Of a stretch of DNA of 64,000 bases, positions 41,912-53,412 are shown in pieces. The stretch comes from Pseudomonadota bacterium. GTDB lineage: Bacteria; Pseudomonadota; Gammaproteobacteria; Acidiferrobacterales; UBA6901. The stretch is taken from the NCBI GenBank assembly GCA_021819085.1, contig JAKASJ010000011.1, positions 13,604 to 77,603 on the forward strand. The letters are read 5' to 3'. A program made the translations under genes and the position numbers. Position 1 is the first letter of the stretch. Each line of letters begins with the position of its first letter. The notes beneath the pieces were generated by a model that was given only the letters and a program-made list of their open reading frames with translations, had not been told where the DNA came from and made no database searches.

Positions 41912-42907
41912 TCACGCCAGCGAGGCGACCACCGACTCCGGCACGGCCGCGCTCCACACCCCACTAAGCATGGCGATCCCCTGGGCACCGGCACGCCGGG
42001 CGCTGCCGAGGTCTTCCATGCGCATTCCGCCCAGGGCATAGACCGGCAACCCGGCAGCTGCGCACAGCGCCCCAAACCTATCCCAACCCAGGGGCACGGT
42101 CAGCGGATGGGACTGGGTCGGGTGTACCGGTGACAAGACGATGAAGTCTGCGCCGAGCTGGCGCGCCCGCTCCACCTGCACGGAATCGTGGCAGGACGCG
42201 GCCACCCAGTAGCGGTCATCCAGCGGCCGCGTCTCGAACTGCTCCAGTCGCCGGCTGTTGAGATGGATGCCGTCGGCACCGCACTCGAGCACGCACTCGA
42301 CCGGGGCATTCAACAGCACCCGTGCCTGATGGCGGTGACACAGCGCGATCACTTCCAGCGCGTAGGCCCGGAAGTCCTGCGGGGAGAGATGGGGCTCACG
42401 CAGCTGGATCAGTCTCGCTCCGGCAAGCAGAACGCGCTCGAGGTGCCGAAGAAACACCTCCGGTCCGAAGCGGCGCGAGTCGGTAAGAAGATACAATACG
42501 GGCAATCGCAACGCCCGCAGCACCGGCCGGTCGGCCAAGGGAAACTCGAATCCGTCCAGGTCCTCCACAGCAACCCAGAGGACGGGCTGGCCCTCGCGCC
42601 CATGCGCGATTCCGTGATAGCGGTCCACCCTCCAGACCTCAAGCTGGACCGTCCTGTCGGGATAGGCATGCCGGATGCTGACCAACGGATGTGCGGTGTC
42701 GACGGCGATGCCGAGCTCTTCCATCAGTTCGCGCACAAGCGCATCGAATGCACTCTCTCCGGGCTGCTTTTTGCCGCCCGGAAACTCCCATTTTCCGCCC
42801 TGATGGCTGCCAGCGCTACGACGCGCGATCAATACCCGGCCGTCAGCGTCGGTGACGACTCCGGCCACCACGGCCATGACTGCACCGTCATGTCCGGTAC
42901 TCGGCAT
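41912..42907 (-). CDS. Nudix (MutT-like) hydrolase fused to a ThiE/TenI-like domain
   Basis: Nudix box GGKWEFPGGKKQPGESAFDALVRELMEELGI, followed by about 200 aa of ThiE/TenI-like TIM-barrel sequence (LYLLTD...IQLREPH...ADFIVLSPV...PVYALGG). The start is uncertain: ATG 42907 (overlaps argJ by 20 nt), ATG 42877, or the longest-ORF start at 42970. Confidence 0.8.
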   Translation of the reverse strand: MPSTGHDGAVMAVVAGVVTDADGRVLIARRSAGSHQGGKWEFPGGKKQPGESAFDALVRELMEELGIAVDTAHPLVSIRHAYPDRTVQLEVWRVDRYHGIAHGREGQPVLWVAVEDLDGFEFPLADRPVLRALRLPVLYLLTDSRRFGPEVFLRHLERVLLAGARLIQLREPHLSPQDFRAYALEVIALCHRHQARVLLNAPVECVLECGADGIHLNSRRLEQFETRPLDDRYWVAASCHDSVQVERARQLGADFIVLSPVHPTQSHPLTVPLGWDRFGALCAAAGLPVYALGGMRMEDLGSARRAGAQGIAMLSGVWSAAVPESVVASLA

Positions 42908-44108
42908 TGATCCGTATATACTCGTGCGACAGGTCGCTGGTCCATAACCGGGTGGTGGCGGACCCCGCACCGAGATCCACCTGCAGCGTAATCTCGGCCT
43001 CGGCCATCACCGCCCGACCCTGCGCCTCAGTGTACTCCGGAGCACGCGCACCGCCGCGCACGATACACGCGCCATTGAGATGAATGGACACGGACCCGAC
43101 GTCCAGCCGCCCGATCCGGGCGCGGCCCACTGCGGCGAGAATGCGGCCCCAATTCGGATCGCTCGCGAAGAATGCGGTCTTCACCAGCGGTGAGTGCGCG
43201 ATTGTCTGCGCCACCTCCAGACACTCGTCCTCACTCCGCCCGCCGCTCACTTCGATGGTAATGAATTTCGTGGCGCCCTCAGCGTCACGTATGACAGCCT
43301 GGGCGAGCTCGGTGAAGACGCGCGTGACCAGTTCGCTCAATGCCTGATACGTCGCACCTTCCGGTCGCTCGATCTGCGGATTCCCGGCGCGTCCGGTGGC
43401 AAGCAAAATGCACGAATCATTGGTCGACGTGTCGCCATCTACCGTGATGCGGTTGAAGGAAACCCGTGCCGCGCTGCGCACCAACGCGTCCAGGGCAGCC
43501 TGCCCCACCGATGCGTCGGTCGCGACAAATGTGAGCATTGTCGCCATGTTCGGACAGATCATTCCCGACCCCTTCGCAATCCCGGTTACTGTGACGACGG
43601 TACCGCCAATCTCACCGCACACGGAACTTCCCTTGGGCAGGGTATCGGTAGTCATGATTCCGGATGCGGCATCGGCCCATCCGCGTTCATCCAACGTTGC
43701 TATACAGGACGAAAGTCCCGCGATAATTCGCTCGACCGGTAACCGTTCACCGATCACACCGGTGGAAAAGGGAAGAATCTCGGAGGCGCGCACACCGATC
43801 CGCTGCGCGAGCTCCTCGCAGCAGGCGACTGCGTCATGCATGCCGGGTTCGCCAGTCCCGGCATTGGCATAACCGGTATTGATCACCAGGGCACGCGGCT
43901 GCGCCGCACCCAGATGCCCGCGCGCAACCAGCACCGGGGCCGCACAGAACCGGTTCTGCGTGAAAACCGCGGCGGCACGGGTTCCGGTGGCACATTCGAT
44001 AACAACCAGATCGCGGCGATCCCTCTTGCGGATGCCGGCCATTGCGGTGCCTAGCCGGATTCCGGAAACGGGATGCAGTTCGGTCAGCGGAGGAAGATTG
44101 ACGGCCAT
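42888..44108 (-). CDS. argJ: Bifunctional glutamate N-acetyltransferase / amino-acid acetyltransferase
   Basis: 406 aa. Self-cleavage region MICPNMATMLTFVATDA. C-terminal DLSHEYIRINAEYRT. Confidence 0.94.
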   Translation of the reverse strand: MAVNLPPLTELHPVSGIRLGTAMAGIRKRDRRDLVVIECATGTRAAAVFTQNRFCAAPVLVARGHLGAAQPRALVINTGYANAGTGEPGMHDAVACCEELAQRIGVRASEILPFSTGVIGERLPVERIIAGLSSCIATLDERGWADAASGIMTTDTLPKGSSVCGEIGGTVVTVTGIAKGSGMICPNMATMLTFVATDASVGQAALDALVRSAARVSFNRITVDGDTSTNDSCILLATGRAGNPQIERPEGATYQALSELVTRVFTELAQAVIRDAEGATKFITIEVSGGRSEDECLEVAQTIAHSPLVKTAFFASDPNWGRILAAVGRARIGRLDVGSVSIHLNGACIVRGGARAPEYTEAQGRAVMAEAEITLQVDLGAGSATTRLWTSDLSHEYIRINAEYRT

Positions 44109-44188
44109 GGCTCAGAGCAACGCTGTTTCAATCCCCGGGGCGGGCACTGCCCGGGAAAATTCCGGCATCCCCGAGACCGTGCCCGGGC

Positions 44189-46882
44189 CTAGGTCAATTT
44201 TCCGTGACACTGCTTGTATTTCTTTCCCGAACCACATGGGCAGGGATCGTTGCGGCCGATCTTCGGCTGCGTGCGCACCACCGGCTGCTGCGGGGCGACC
44301 GCCACCTCCTGATCATCGGATTCGCTCTGCACCGAAGGATGCTCGAATTGCATCTGCCCAGGATGCTGCCTCTGGGCCTCGAGCAGCGCCACATCGTCGG
44401 GTTCGCGGACTTCGACCCGAGTCACCAGGCTGATGACCTCGCGCTTTATCCTGTCCAGCATGCTGGAGAACAGTTCGAACGCCTCACGCTTGTATTCCTG
44501 CTTGGGATCCTGCTGCGCATAGCCGCGCAAGTGTATGCCCTCTCTCAGATGGTCCATGGCCGCCAAGTGATCCTTCCACTGGGCGTCGAGAACCTGCAGC
44601 ATGACGGCCTTTTCGAAATTGCGCATCACCTCGGGACCGACCGTGGCGCTTTTCGTGGCATGGACACGTTCAAGCTCCGCGAGAATACGCGCACGCAGCT
44701 GCTCTTCGTGCAGCGTCGAATCCTCCTTGAGCCACTGCGCAATCGGCAGTCTCAGATCAAACTCGCGGGCCAGATTCTCCTCGAGTTCGGGGATGTTCCA
44801 CTGCTCCTCCAGACTCTGGGGAGGAATCGAATTGCTGACAAGCTCATCGACCACGTCGCGCCGGATCTCCGTAATGCTGTCGGAGATGTCATCAACCTCC
44901 ATCAGGCGGTTGCGCTGCTCATAGATGACCTTGCGCTGGTCGTTTGCGACATCATCGTACTCGAGCAACTGTTTGCGGATATCGAAGTTCCTGCTTTCGA
45001 CCTTGCGTTGCGCATTCTCGATCGCGCGCGACACCCACGGATGCTCGATTGCCTCCCCTGGCTGCATGCCGAGCTTCTGCATGAGGCCGGACACGCGATC
45101 CGACCCGAAGATGCGCAGCAGATTGTCTTCAAGCGAAAGATAGAACCGGCTTGATCCCGCATCTCCCTGCCGTCCGGAGCGTCCACGCAACTGATTGTCG
45201 ATTCGCCGCGACTCATGGCGTTCGGTGCCGATGACATGCAGCCCGCCGGAGGAGAGAACCTGGTCGTGCACCTTCTGCCATTGCGCCCTGATGCCTTGCT
45301 CTTTCTCCTTGTCCCCGGCGGCCGCCGCCAGATCGATGTCGATGTTGCCGCCCAGCACGATGTCCGTTCCTCGGCCGGCCATGTTGGTCGCTATCGTCAC
45401 GGCGCCCGGCCGGCCTGCCTGGGTAACGATATGCGCCTCACGCTCATGCTGCTTGGCGTTAAGGACCTCGTGGTCGATGCCTTGTTTTTTCAGCAACCGG
45501 GACAGGTGCTCAGAACTCTCTATGGAGACAGTACCGACAAGCACCGGCTGGCCACGGCCGTTGCAATCGCGTATGTCGGCGATGATGGCGTCGTGCTTTT
45601 CCTGGGCGGTGCGGTAGACTTGATCGCCGAAATCCTTGCGAATCATCGGACGGTGGGTGGGGATGACAACCACTTCGAGACCGTAGATTTGCTGGAACTC
45701 GAATGCCTCGGTATCGGCCGTACCCGTCATGCCGGACAGTTTGCCGTACATGCGAAAGTAATTCTGGAAGGTGATCGAGGCAAGCGTCTGGTTCTCATTC
45801 TGGATTTTTACGCCCTCCTTGGCTTCGACTGCCTGATGCAGACCGTCCGACCAGCGCCGTCCTGCCATCATGCGTCCGGTGAACTCGTCGATGATCACGA
45901 CTTCGTTGTCCTTGACGATGTAGTCGACCTCCCGCTTGTAAAGCGCATGGGCGCGCAGCGCGGCATTGAGGTGATGCATCAGCGAGATGTTCTGAACATC
46001 GTAGAGATTGCTGCTTTCGTCCAGAATCCCGGCGCGAACGAGAAGCCTCTCGCAGGTTTCATGGCCTGCCTCCGTGAGGTATGCCTGACGGGCCTTCTCG
46101 TCGACACTGTAGTCGCCGGGGCCGTCCTCCGCCTCCTGACGGGTGAGCTTGGGGATGATGGCGTTTATCTTGTAATAAAGATCCGTATTGTCCTCGGTGG
46201 GACCGGAAATGATAAGCGGTGTACGGGCTTCATCGATCAGGATGGAGTCCACCTCGTCAACGACGGCGAAGTTGAGGCCGCGCTGTACCCTTTCCTCGGC
46301 GCGAAACGCCATGTTGTCGCGAAGGTAATCGAACCCGTACTCATTGTTGGTGCCATAAGTGATGTCGGCGGCATAGGCGGCCCGCTTGGTCGCGGTGTCC
46401 TGTCCAGAGACCACCACGCCCACCGTCAGCCCGAGAAAGTTATAGACCTTGCCCATCCACTCGGCATCGCGCCGCGCCAGGTAGTCGTTCACCGTCACGA
46501 CGTGTACGCCCTTTCCGGCCAGGGCATTCAGGTATACGGCCAGGGGGGCAACCAGTGTCTTGCCCTCGCCGGTGCGCATCTCGGCGATCTTGCCCTGATG
46601 CAGTACCATGCCGCCTATGAGCTGTACGTCGAAGTGGCGCATGCCGAGGGCCCGCTTGGACGCCTCGCGCACGACCGCGAACGCCTCCGGCAGCAGATCA
46701 TCGAGCTTCTCGCCGTGGGCAAGGCGGTTGCGGAATTCGATGGTCTTGGCGCCGAGCGCGGCGTCTGAAAGCACGGCAATCCCGGACTCAAGCCCATTGA
46801 CGCGGACGACTTCCCGCATCATCTGTTTGATCAACCGGCTATTTCTGCTTCCAAATACTCTGTTAAGTAGGCTTACGACCAT
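44189..46882 (-). CDS. secA: Preprotein translocase ATPase SecA
   Basis: 897 aa. N-terminus [16 protein letters not shown], Walker [11 protein letters not shown]-terminal zinc finger [14 protein letters not shown]. Confidence 0.97.
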   Translation of the reverse strand: MVVSLLNRVFGSRNSRLIKQMMREVVRVNGLESGIAVLSDAALGAKTIEFRNRLAHGEKLDDLLPEAFAVVREASKRALGMRHFDVQLIGGMVLHQGKIAEMRTGEGKTLVAPLAVYLNALAGKGVHVVTVNDYLARRDAEWMGKVYNFLGLTVGVVVSGQDTATKRAAYAADITYGTNNEYGFDYLRDNMAFRAEERVQRGLNFAVVDEVDSILIDEARTPLIISGPTEDNTDLYYKINAIIPKLTRQEAEDGPGDYSVDEKARQAYLTEAGHETCERLLVRAGILDESSNLYDVQNISLMHHLNAALRAHALYKREVDYIVKDNEVVIIDEFTGRMMAGRRWSDGLHQAVEAKEGVKIQNENQTLASITFQNYFRMYGKLSGMTGTADTEAFEFQQIYGLEVVVIPTHRPMIRKDFGDQVYRTAQEKHDAIIADIRDCNGRGQPVLVGTVSIESSEHLSRLLKKQGIDHEVLNAKQHEREAHIVTQAGRPGAVTIATNMAGRGTDIVLGGNIDIDLAAAAGDKEKEQGIRAQWQKVHDQVLSSGGLHVIGTERHESRRIDNQLRGRSGRQGDAGSSRFYLSLEDNLLRIFGSDRVSGLMQKLGMQPGEAIEHPWVSRAIENAQRKVESRNFDIRKQLLEYDDVANDQRKVIYEQRNRLMEVDDISDSITEIRRDVVDELVSNSIPPQSLEEQWNIPELEENLAREFDLRLPIAQWLKEDSTLHEEQLRARILAELERVHATKSATVGPEVMRNFEKAVMLQVLDAQWKDHLAAMDHLREGIHLRGYAQQDPKQEYKREAFELFSSMLDRIKREVISLVTRVEVREPDDVALLEAQRQHPGQMQFEHPSVQSESDDQEVAVAPQQPVVRTQPKIGRNDPCPCGSGKKYKQCHGKLT

Positions 46883-47008
46883 GAATCAATACCCGAAGAC
46901 CCTGCGGGGGCAGTGGAGAAGGCCGGATTATGGAGGAAAAACGCCGGAACTTAAATACAAGGGGCAGGCCGATCGCGGAAATCTGCTGCCGGACCCCAAC
47001 CCGGAACG

Positions 47009-47938
47009 CTAGGAGGAGGAAGCGGAAGAGCGCAGATAGGGCATGGGATTCACCTCGTGGCCATGCTCCAGCACCTCGAAATGCACGTGCGGACCGGTGG
47101 AATAGCCGGTGGATCCCACGAGGGCGATCTCCTGACCTTTCTTGATCCACTCGCCGACCTTGACCAGAATCTTGCTCGTGTGGCCATAGCGCGTGGACAG
47201 ACCATCCCCATCGTTGATCTGGACCATCTTCCCGTAGCCGGCATCGAGACCGGCAAAGCTCACCACACCGGCGGCCATGGCGAAGATCGGGGTACCCATC
47301 GGCGCAGCGATATCGACCCCCTCGTGGAACTCCGGGCGACCGGTAAAGGGGTCTAGGCGTGGACCGAACCCTGAAGAGATCCAGCCACCGCGCGTAGGCC
47401 ATCCGGCCGGCGACACTTCGGCCTGAAGTTGCCGGTCCATCAGCACGCTTTCCAGGGCATGCAGACGCGGTCCCTTCTTGTCCAGCTGCTTTTCCAGATT
47501 GTCCAGGGTTTTCATGAAATCCGGAACCGAGACGCTCGGCGCCAGATCCGTCTCCGGACCGCCCACCGGCGGGTTCTCAGAAAAGTTGAACTCACTCTTG
47601 TCCAGCCCAGCCATGTGCGTCAGACGTGCGCCCAAGGCATCGAGCCGTGTAATCTGCGCCTGCATCAGTCCCAGACGCTGCGCCAGCGCATCGAGGTGCA
47701 ATTCCGCATTGCGGCGTGCATCGGCGATCTCACGCTGCTGCCTGGAAAGTTCACGCGCCTGACGCGCGAGATAGCCGTCCCGCGACCCGCTGAGCATGGC
47801 GTCGATATGAAATGCGGTGATCCCAATCAGGGCCGGCAATACTACCAACACGGCTAGCGCGAACGCCAACGTCTGGTGCCGGCTCAAGCTGATATGCCGC
47901 CCCTTGCCGACGCTTTTTGGAACGAGAATTACATTCAT
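47009..47938 (-). CDS. M23-family metallopeptidase with N-terminal TM and coiled coil
   Basis: 309 aa. LytM-type motifs FHEGVDIAAP and GPHVHFEV. Coiled-coil-like Q/R/L-rich region after a single TM. Confidence 0.85.
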   Translation of the reverse strand: MNVILVPKSVGKGRHISLSRHQTLAFALAVLVVLPALIGITAFHIDAMLSGSRDGYLARQARELSRQQREIADARRNAELHLDALAQRLGLMQAQITRLDALGARLTHMAGLDKSEFNFSENPPVGGPETDLAPSVSVPDFMKTLDNLEKQLDKKGPRLHALESVLMDRQLQAEVSPAGWPTRGGWISSGFGPRLDPFTGRPEFHEGVDIAAPMGTPIFAMAAGVVSFAGLDAGYGKMVQINDGDGLSTRYGHTSKILVKVGEWIKKGQEIALVGSTGYSTGPHVHFEVLEHGHEVNPMPYLRSSASSS

Positions 47939-48018
47939 TGCCGCTCTTTCAAGTTTCTATATATTATTATGATGCTGCGATTCGCTTCCCTGACTGCGCC
48001 GCACGCGGGCGCCACGAA

Positions 48019-48930
48019 TCAGACGGCTGGTGCGGTGCGCATGAACGAAATGGCCGCTTTGTCCGTTTCAGCATAGGACACAAGCTCCCAGGCTTCCTGA
48101 TCTGCGATTAACGCACGCAAAAGTCGGTTGTTGAGCGCGTGGCCAGACTTATACGCGCTGAACGCGCCAATCAAGGGATGTCCGAGCAGATACAGATCGC
48201 CAATGGCATCGAGCACCTTGTGCTTGACGAACTCATCCTCGTAGCGCAACCCGTCATCATTGAGAATCCGGAAACTGTCCATCACGATGGCGTTGTCCAG
48301 TCCGCCGCCGCGCGCCAGCCCCGCTTGCCGCAGCGCTTCGAGGTCGCGCATGAACCCAAAGGTCCGGGCACGGCTCACTTCCTTGACGAAAGAGGTCGTG
48401 GAAAAATCCACGCTGGCGACCTGGGTAGAATTGCGGAACAGCGGATGATCGAAATCAATGGAGAAGGAAACCTTGAACCCGTCCCAGGGTTCGAAACAGA
48501 CCCATTTGTCACCATCTTCGATGCGAATGCTCTTCTTGATGCGCATGAATTGCTTGGGCGCGGGCTGTTCCTCGATACCTGCCGACTGGATGAGGAACAC
48601 GAATGGACCGGCGCTCCCGTCCATGATCGGCACTTCGGCAGCCGTGACATCGACATAGGCATTGTCGATCCCGAGTCCGGCAAAGGCCGACATCAGGTGC
48701 TCCACCGTCGATATCTTGACTCCGCGGCTTTCCAGCGTGGTGGAAAGACGGGTGTCGCTTACGTTTTCGGGGCGGGCCTTGATTTCAACCGGCTCGGCCA
48801 GATCGGTCCTGCGAAAGACTATCCCCGAATCGACCGGTGCCGGCCTCAATGTGAGATAAACTTTGTCGCCTGTATGGAGCCCTACGCCCGTGGCGCGGAT
48901 CACGTTTTTCAGAGTACGTTGTTTAATCAT
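48019..48930 (-). CDS. lpxC: UDP-3-O-acyl-N-acetylglucosamine deacetylase
   Basis: 303 aa. [32 protein letters not shown] and [14 protein letters not shown]. Confidence 0.96.
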   Translation of the reverse strand: MIKQRTLKNVIRATGVGLHTGDKVYLTLRPAPVDSGIVFRRTDLAEPVEIKARPENVSDTRLSTTLESRGVKISTVEHLMSAFAGLGIDNAYVDVTAAEVPIMDGSAGPFVFLIQSAGIEEQPAPKQFMRIKKSIRIEDGDKWVCFEPWDGFKVSFSIDFDHPLFRNSTQVASVDFSTTSFVKEVSRARTFGFMRDLEALRQAGLARGGGLDNAIVMDSFRILNDDGLRYEDEFVKHKVLDAIGDLYLLGHPLIGAFSAYKSGHALNNRLLRALIADQEAWELVSYAETDKAAISFMRTAPAV

Positions 48931-49231
48931 TTCCTTAACTTGCCGCCTGTCCTCTCCATTTCCGAAGACGCAAAAAACTACGTCGCGTTTCCCGCAAGTC
49001 GGTGGTCTGCCAGTGATTGAGTCTGAACCGCCGAACAGCTAAATGGCGCTTGCCGCTGATTCGACAAGTATTTCGTGTTCCCCGCGTCCTGAATTTAAAG
49101 GTAAACATAGACTATTGTCCAGCCTTTTCCAGGCATTGTCGGCACTTCGGTAAGCCATCCCCGACGAACGGGCAGGTCACGCGTACATCCTGTCTCCAAC
49201 CCATTTCTGGCAAATATACGCCAGATACCCC

Positions 49232-50365
49232 TCAGTCCGCCTGTTTTCTGAGGAATGCCGGGATATCCAGATACTCCATTCCCGCCTCGGTCAGCGCCTT
49301 GGGCTCCACGACACGCCGATTCCTGATCACGGTGGGCGTGTCGAGCTGCTCGTAATCTGTTGTTCCGGTTCCCGTTTTTATGACCTTGTAGGGGGTGCTC
49401 TTTTTCTGACCCTGCCCCAGGCCGGTTGCAACGACTGTGACACGCATCTCACCCTGCATTGTGGGATCAATCACAGTTCCAACAATTACGGTGGCGTCCT
49501 CGGCTGCAAACTCCTTGACCGTATTGCCCACCTCCTCGAATTCTCCGATCGAAAGGTCCTGGCCAGCAGTCACGTTGACAAGAATGCCCCGCGCACCGGA
49601 GATGTTGATATCTTCGAGCAACGGACTCGATACCGCCGCGCGAGCCGCCTCGCTGGCCCGTTGATCGCCGCGTGCACTGGCCGAGCCCATCATGGCCTGG
49701 CCCATTTCAGACATAATGGTACGCACATCGGCAAAATCGACGTTGACCAGGCCAGGACGGGTGATCAGTTCGGCAATGCCCTGGACCGCCCCCTGGAGCA
49801 CCTCGTTCGCCTTGCTGAAGGCATCGAGAAGACTGGCTCCCTTGCCGACCACGGACAGGAGCTTTTCGTTGGGGATGGTGATTACCGAATCGACGAATTC
49901 GCTGAGCTCCTTTATTCCCTGTTCGGCCACCGCCATGCGTTTTTTCCCTTCAAAAGGAAACGGCTTGGTGATCACGGCAACCGTCAATATATCCAGATCG
50001 CGCGCCACCTGCGCCACCACCGGTGCAGCGCCCGTGCCAGTTCCGCCGCCCATGCCGGCTGTGATGAACACCATGTCGGCTCCGCTGAGGACTTCGGCGA
50101 TGCGCTCCCGGTCCTCGACCGCCGCCTGACGGCCCACGGTCGGATCGGCGCCAGCACCGAGCCCCTTCGTAAGATTTGCTCCAAGCTGAAGGACGGTGCG
50201 CGCCCCGGATCGCTTCAGGGCCTGTGCATCGGTATTAGCAATAATGAACTCCACGCCCTCTATGTTGGCTGCAACCATGTGATCGACCGCGTTGCAGCCT
50301 CCACCGCCGACCCCTATCACCTTAATAACGGCCTGCTGACCGTAGGTATCCATGAGTTCAAACAT
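49232..50365 (-). CDS. ftsZ: Cell division protein FtsZ
   Basis: ORF trimmed to MFELMD (aa 28) with AGGAGA SD 6 nt upstream. Tubulin signature GGGTGTGAAPVVA. C-terminal DIPAFLRKQAD. Confidence 0.96.
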   Translation of the reverse strand: MFELMDTYGQQAVIKVIGVGGGGCNAVDHMVAANIEGVEFIIANTDAQALKRSGARTVLQLGANLTKGLGAGADPTVGRQAAVEDRERIAEVLSGADMVFITAGMGGGTGTGAAPVVAQVARDLDILTVAVITKPFPFEGKKRMAVAEQGIKELSEFVDSVITIPNEKLLSVVGKGASLLDAFSKANEVLQGAVQGIAELITRPGLVNVDFADVRTIMSEMGQAMMGSASARGDQRASEAARAAVSSPLLEDINISGARGILVNVTAGQDLSIGEFEEVGNTVKEFAAEDATVIVGTVIDPTMQGEMRVTVVATGLGQGQKKSTPYKVIKTGTGTTDYEQLDTPTVIRNRRVVEPKALTEAGMEYLDIPAFLRKQAD

Positions 50366-50424
50366 GATATGTCTCCTGTGGCTGATCCGAATAGACAGTT
50401 TTGTCCCGTTTCGCTGCTCTGCTG

Positions 50425-51669
50425 CTAGAAATTCCCCTGAAACCAACTCTTCATCTTGTGAAGCATCCCGCTTAGGCTCGGGACCTCCCGGCGCGCATGC
50501 AGGTCGTAGTGCTTGCCGTCGCGGTCCTTCGCTCCGAACAGCACCAGACCGACGCCCGTCGCGTAAATCGGGTTATGCACCGCGCCGCTCAGGCCTCCCA
50601 CGTACTGCGGAATACCGAGCCGCACGGGCATGTGAAACACTTCCTCGGCCAGTTCGATCATGCCCTCCATCTTGGCACTGCCCCCCGTCAAGACGATGCC
50701 GGAGCCAACCATGTCCTCGAAACCGCTGCGCCGCAGGTCGGCAAGCACTAACCCGTAGAGTTCCTCTACGCGCGGCTCGACAACTTCGGCCAGGGTCTGG
50801 CGCGCAAGCTTGCGCGGCGCGCGATCGCCGACGCTGGGCACTTCGATGGATTCGTCCGACCGGGCAAGCTGCGTGAGCGCACAACCGTACTTCTTCTTGA
50901 TTTCTTCGGCATGCTGGGTCGGCGTACGCAATGCGACTGCGATATCGTTGGTCACCTGATCTCCGGCGATCGGAATCACCGACGTATGGCGGATGGCTCC
51001 TTCGGTGAATACCGAAATATCGGTGGTGCCGCCGCCGATATCGATCAGGCACACACCCAGTTCTTTTTCATCTTCCGTCAGAACCGACAAGCTGGACGCG
51101 AGCTGCTCGAGGATGATGTCGTCGACCTCCAGGCCGCAGCGACGCACGCACTTAATGATGTTCTGGGCGGCGCTCACCGCCCCGGTCACGATGTGCACCT
51201 TGGCTTCCAACCGCACCCCGCACATGCCGATCGGTTCGCGTACACCTTCCTGCTTGTCGATGATGAATTCCTGCGGCAGGATGTGCAGAACCTTCTGATC
51301 GGCAGGAATGGCAAGCGCACGCGCCGCCTCGATCACCCGATCCACGTCACCGCGGCCGACTTCCTTGTCCTTGATCGCGACGATTCCGTGGGAGTTGAAG
51401 CTGCTGATGTGGCTGCCGGCGATTCCGGCGTACACGGAATGGATCTGGCAGCCAGCCATCAGTTCGGCCTCCTCGACGGCACGCTGGATCGACTGCACCG
51501 TCGACTCGATATTCACGACGACTCCTTTTTTCATGCCGCGCGAGGGATGGTGGCCGACACCGATTACCTCTACCTCCCCGGACGGCGACACTTCTCCAAC
51601 TATTGCCAGCACCTTTGAAGTGCCTATATCAAGGCCCACGATCAGATTTTCGTCGCCTTTTCTGGACAT
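50425..51669 (-). CDS. ftsA: Cell division protein FtsA
   Basis: 414 aa. Actin-fold LIVGLDIGTSKV and IDIGGGTTDI. Confidence 0.96.
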   Translation of the reverse strand: MSRKGDENLIVGLDIGTSKVLAIVGEVSPSGEVEVIGVGHHPSRGMKKGVVVNIESTVQSIQRAVEEAELMAGCQIHSVYAGIAGSHISSFNSHGIVAIKDKEVGRGDVDRVIEAARALAIPADQKVLHILPQEFIIDKQEGVREPIGMCGVRLEAKVHIVTGAVSAAQNIIKCVRRCGLEVDDIILEQLASSLSVLTEDEKELGVCLIDIGGGTTDISVFTEGAIRHTSVIPIAGDQVTNDIAVALRTPTQHAEEIKKKYGCALTQLARSDESIEVPSVGDRAPRKLARQTLAEVVEPRVEELYGLVLADLRRSGFEDMVGSGIVLTGGSAKMEGMIELAEEVFHMPVRLGIPQYVGGLSGAVHNPIYATGVGLVLFGAKDRDGKHYDLHARREVPSLSGMLHKMKSWFQGNF

Positions 51670-51672
51670 GTT

Positions 51673-52443
51673 TCAACCCTCTGCGCCCGAAGCAATTTCA
51701 GCACCCGCGTGGTCCCGCCACTGCACCGCGAAGCCGTTTGAATAGCGCAGGTCTACCCTGCGCATCCATTTACGCTGGTTTACCAGCGCCTGCGTATATA
51801 CCGTCAAAAAGCGTGTCACTTTCGCCTTCAGCGCGTGTCGTCCGAGAACAAGAAGCAAGTTGTGGTCAACCACAGTCCTCCAGGTATGGCGCGCGGTGAG
51901 CGTCAGACTCACGATGGGCAGGCCCACAGGCGCCAGAAGCGCGTTCAACCGCTGGTACTGACCAAACACCTGCGTCTGCGTGCCGTCCGGGCCGCTCAGC
52001 TTGGGAAGATCCAATGGGCCGCGACGTCCCTGGAGGTTCACCAGATCGCCCGCCGTGTTGATCCACAGCGCATCGCCCCACTGCGCAGCCAGAGTCTGTT
52101 CGGTGAATCGGATATGCACCCCACCCGGCCATTGACGGCGCACTGAAACCTGATAGACCCACGGCACCGATTCGGCGCGCGCCTTGATCGCATCCAGGTT
52201 GAGAAGCAGCAGGTTGCCCGAAACCACCGGCGCAACCGCACGCGCGAGCGCCTCTTTGCGAACATGCTTGAACGGTCCCTCAAAACTCACGCTTCGCACC
52301 GGCAAAGTATCCGGACGCAGCACATAGTTGATCCCGAACAGCACCGGAATGGACACCGCAAGTATCATCAACCCCACGAGCACGTTGCGCTGGGACAGCA
52401 ACGGCTCTTCGAAACTGGTCGCACGGTTCTCAGCAGGGAACAT
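51673..52443 (-). CDS. ftsQ: Cell division protein FtsQ
   Basis: Single TM (VLVGLMILAVSIPVLFGI) followed by POTRA/FtsQ domains. Start placed at Met13 (MFPAENR), which has GGGAGGAGG 6 nt upstream. The longest-ORF start is at 52479. Confidence 0.88.
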   Translation of the reverse strand: MFPAENRATSFEEPLLSQRNVLVGLMILAVSIPVLFGINYVLRPDTLPVRSVSFEGPFKHVRKEALARAVAPVVSGNLLLLNLDAIKARAESVPWVYQVSVRRQWPGGVHIRFTEQTLAAQWGDALWINTAGDLVNLQGRRGPLDLPKLSGPDGTQTQVFGQYQRLNALLAPVGLPIVSLTLTARHTWRTVVDHNLLLVLGRHALKAKVTRFLTVYTQALVNQRKWMRRVDLRYSNGFAVQWRDHAGAEIASGAEG

Positions 52444-52509
52444 CACCCGCCTCCTCCCGGCCGCGTAGCCAGGGCCCATGCCGCATGCCTGTGCCGGTCC
52501 GATCGCGAC

Positions 52510-53412
52510 TCACGATTCGACTCCAATGATCCGCACCTCCGGCTCCAGCTTGACGTTCTGCGCGGCCAGAACGCGTTCCTGCACAATGGCAATCAGGCGT
52601 TCGATCTGGGCCGCGGTGGCTTTGCCGCGATTGATGATGAAGTTCGCATGCAGCTCGGAGACACAGGCGTCGCCCTCGCACGTCCCTTTCAGGCCCGTCG
52701 CCTCGATCAGGCGTGCAGCGTGATCACCCGCAGGGTTGCGAAACACCGATCCAGCATTGGGCTGCTGCGTGGGCTGGGTCGCGCCGCGCTTCGCAAGCAG
52801 TGACTTGATCAATGCCTTGCCATCGGCCGCAACCCCTGTGCCAAGCTGAAAGTGGCCGGCGACAAACCATTCCTGGTCCGGTCCGACAACGCTGCGGTAG
52901 GAAACCCGGTAATCGGCCGGAAGCCGGGTCCGGATCTGGCCGTGCCGGTCTATCGTCTCGACCGCGGCGACGATTCCCCATGTCTCGCCACCGAAGGCCC
53001 CAGCATTCATTGCGAGGGCCCCGCCGACAGTTCCGGGGATACCAGCCAGAAATTCAGCTCCGCTCAGGTCGTGCCGCGCACAGAAGCGGGCCAGCTGCGC
53101 ACAGGGAACGCCGGCTTCCGCCCGAACCCGATTTTCGGCAACCGCCGTCAGGCTCTTGAGCCGTCCAGTCACGCACAGGACCGTTCCGCGCACGCCACCG
53201 TCGCGCACCAGGAGATTACTGCCCAGACCGATCCAGTGAATCGGCTCGTGCGCAGGCACAGTCCGAAGGAAGTGCACCAGGTCATCAAGGTCAGCAGGCT
53301 CATAGTACCGGTCCGCCGGACCGCCCACCCGCCAGCTGGTATGCCGCGCAAGCGGTTCGTCCAGCCGCAGCGTGCCGCGCAGACCAGACCCGGTGTTCGC
53401 CCGCGGCATCAT
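52510..53412 (-). CDS. murB: UDP-N-acetylenolpyruvoylglucosamine reductase
   Basis: ORF trimmed to MMPRANTG (aa 58). FAD-binding [12 protein letters not shown]-terminal GSVFRNP...AGLIE-like [16 protein letters not shown] overlap with the murC stop. Confidence 0.9.
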   Translation of the reverse strand: MMPRANTGSGLRGTLRLDEPLARHTSWRVGGPADRYYEPADLDDLVHFLRTVPAHEPIHWIGLGSNLLVRDGGVRGTVLCVTGRLKSLTAVAENRVRAEAGVPCAQLARFCARHDLSGAEFLAGIPGTVGGALAMNAGAFGGETWGIVAAVETIDRHGQIRTRLPADYRVSYRSVVGPDQEWFVAGHFQLGTGVAADGKALIKSLLAKRGATQPTQQPNAGSVFRNPAGDHAARLIEATGLKGTCEGDACVSELHANFIINRGKATAAQIERLIAIVQERVLAAQNVKLEPEVRIIGVES

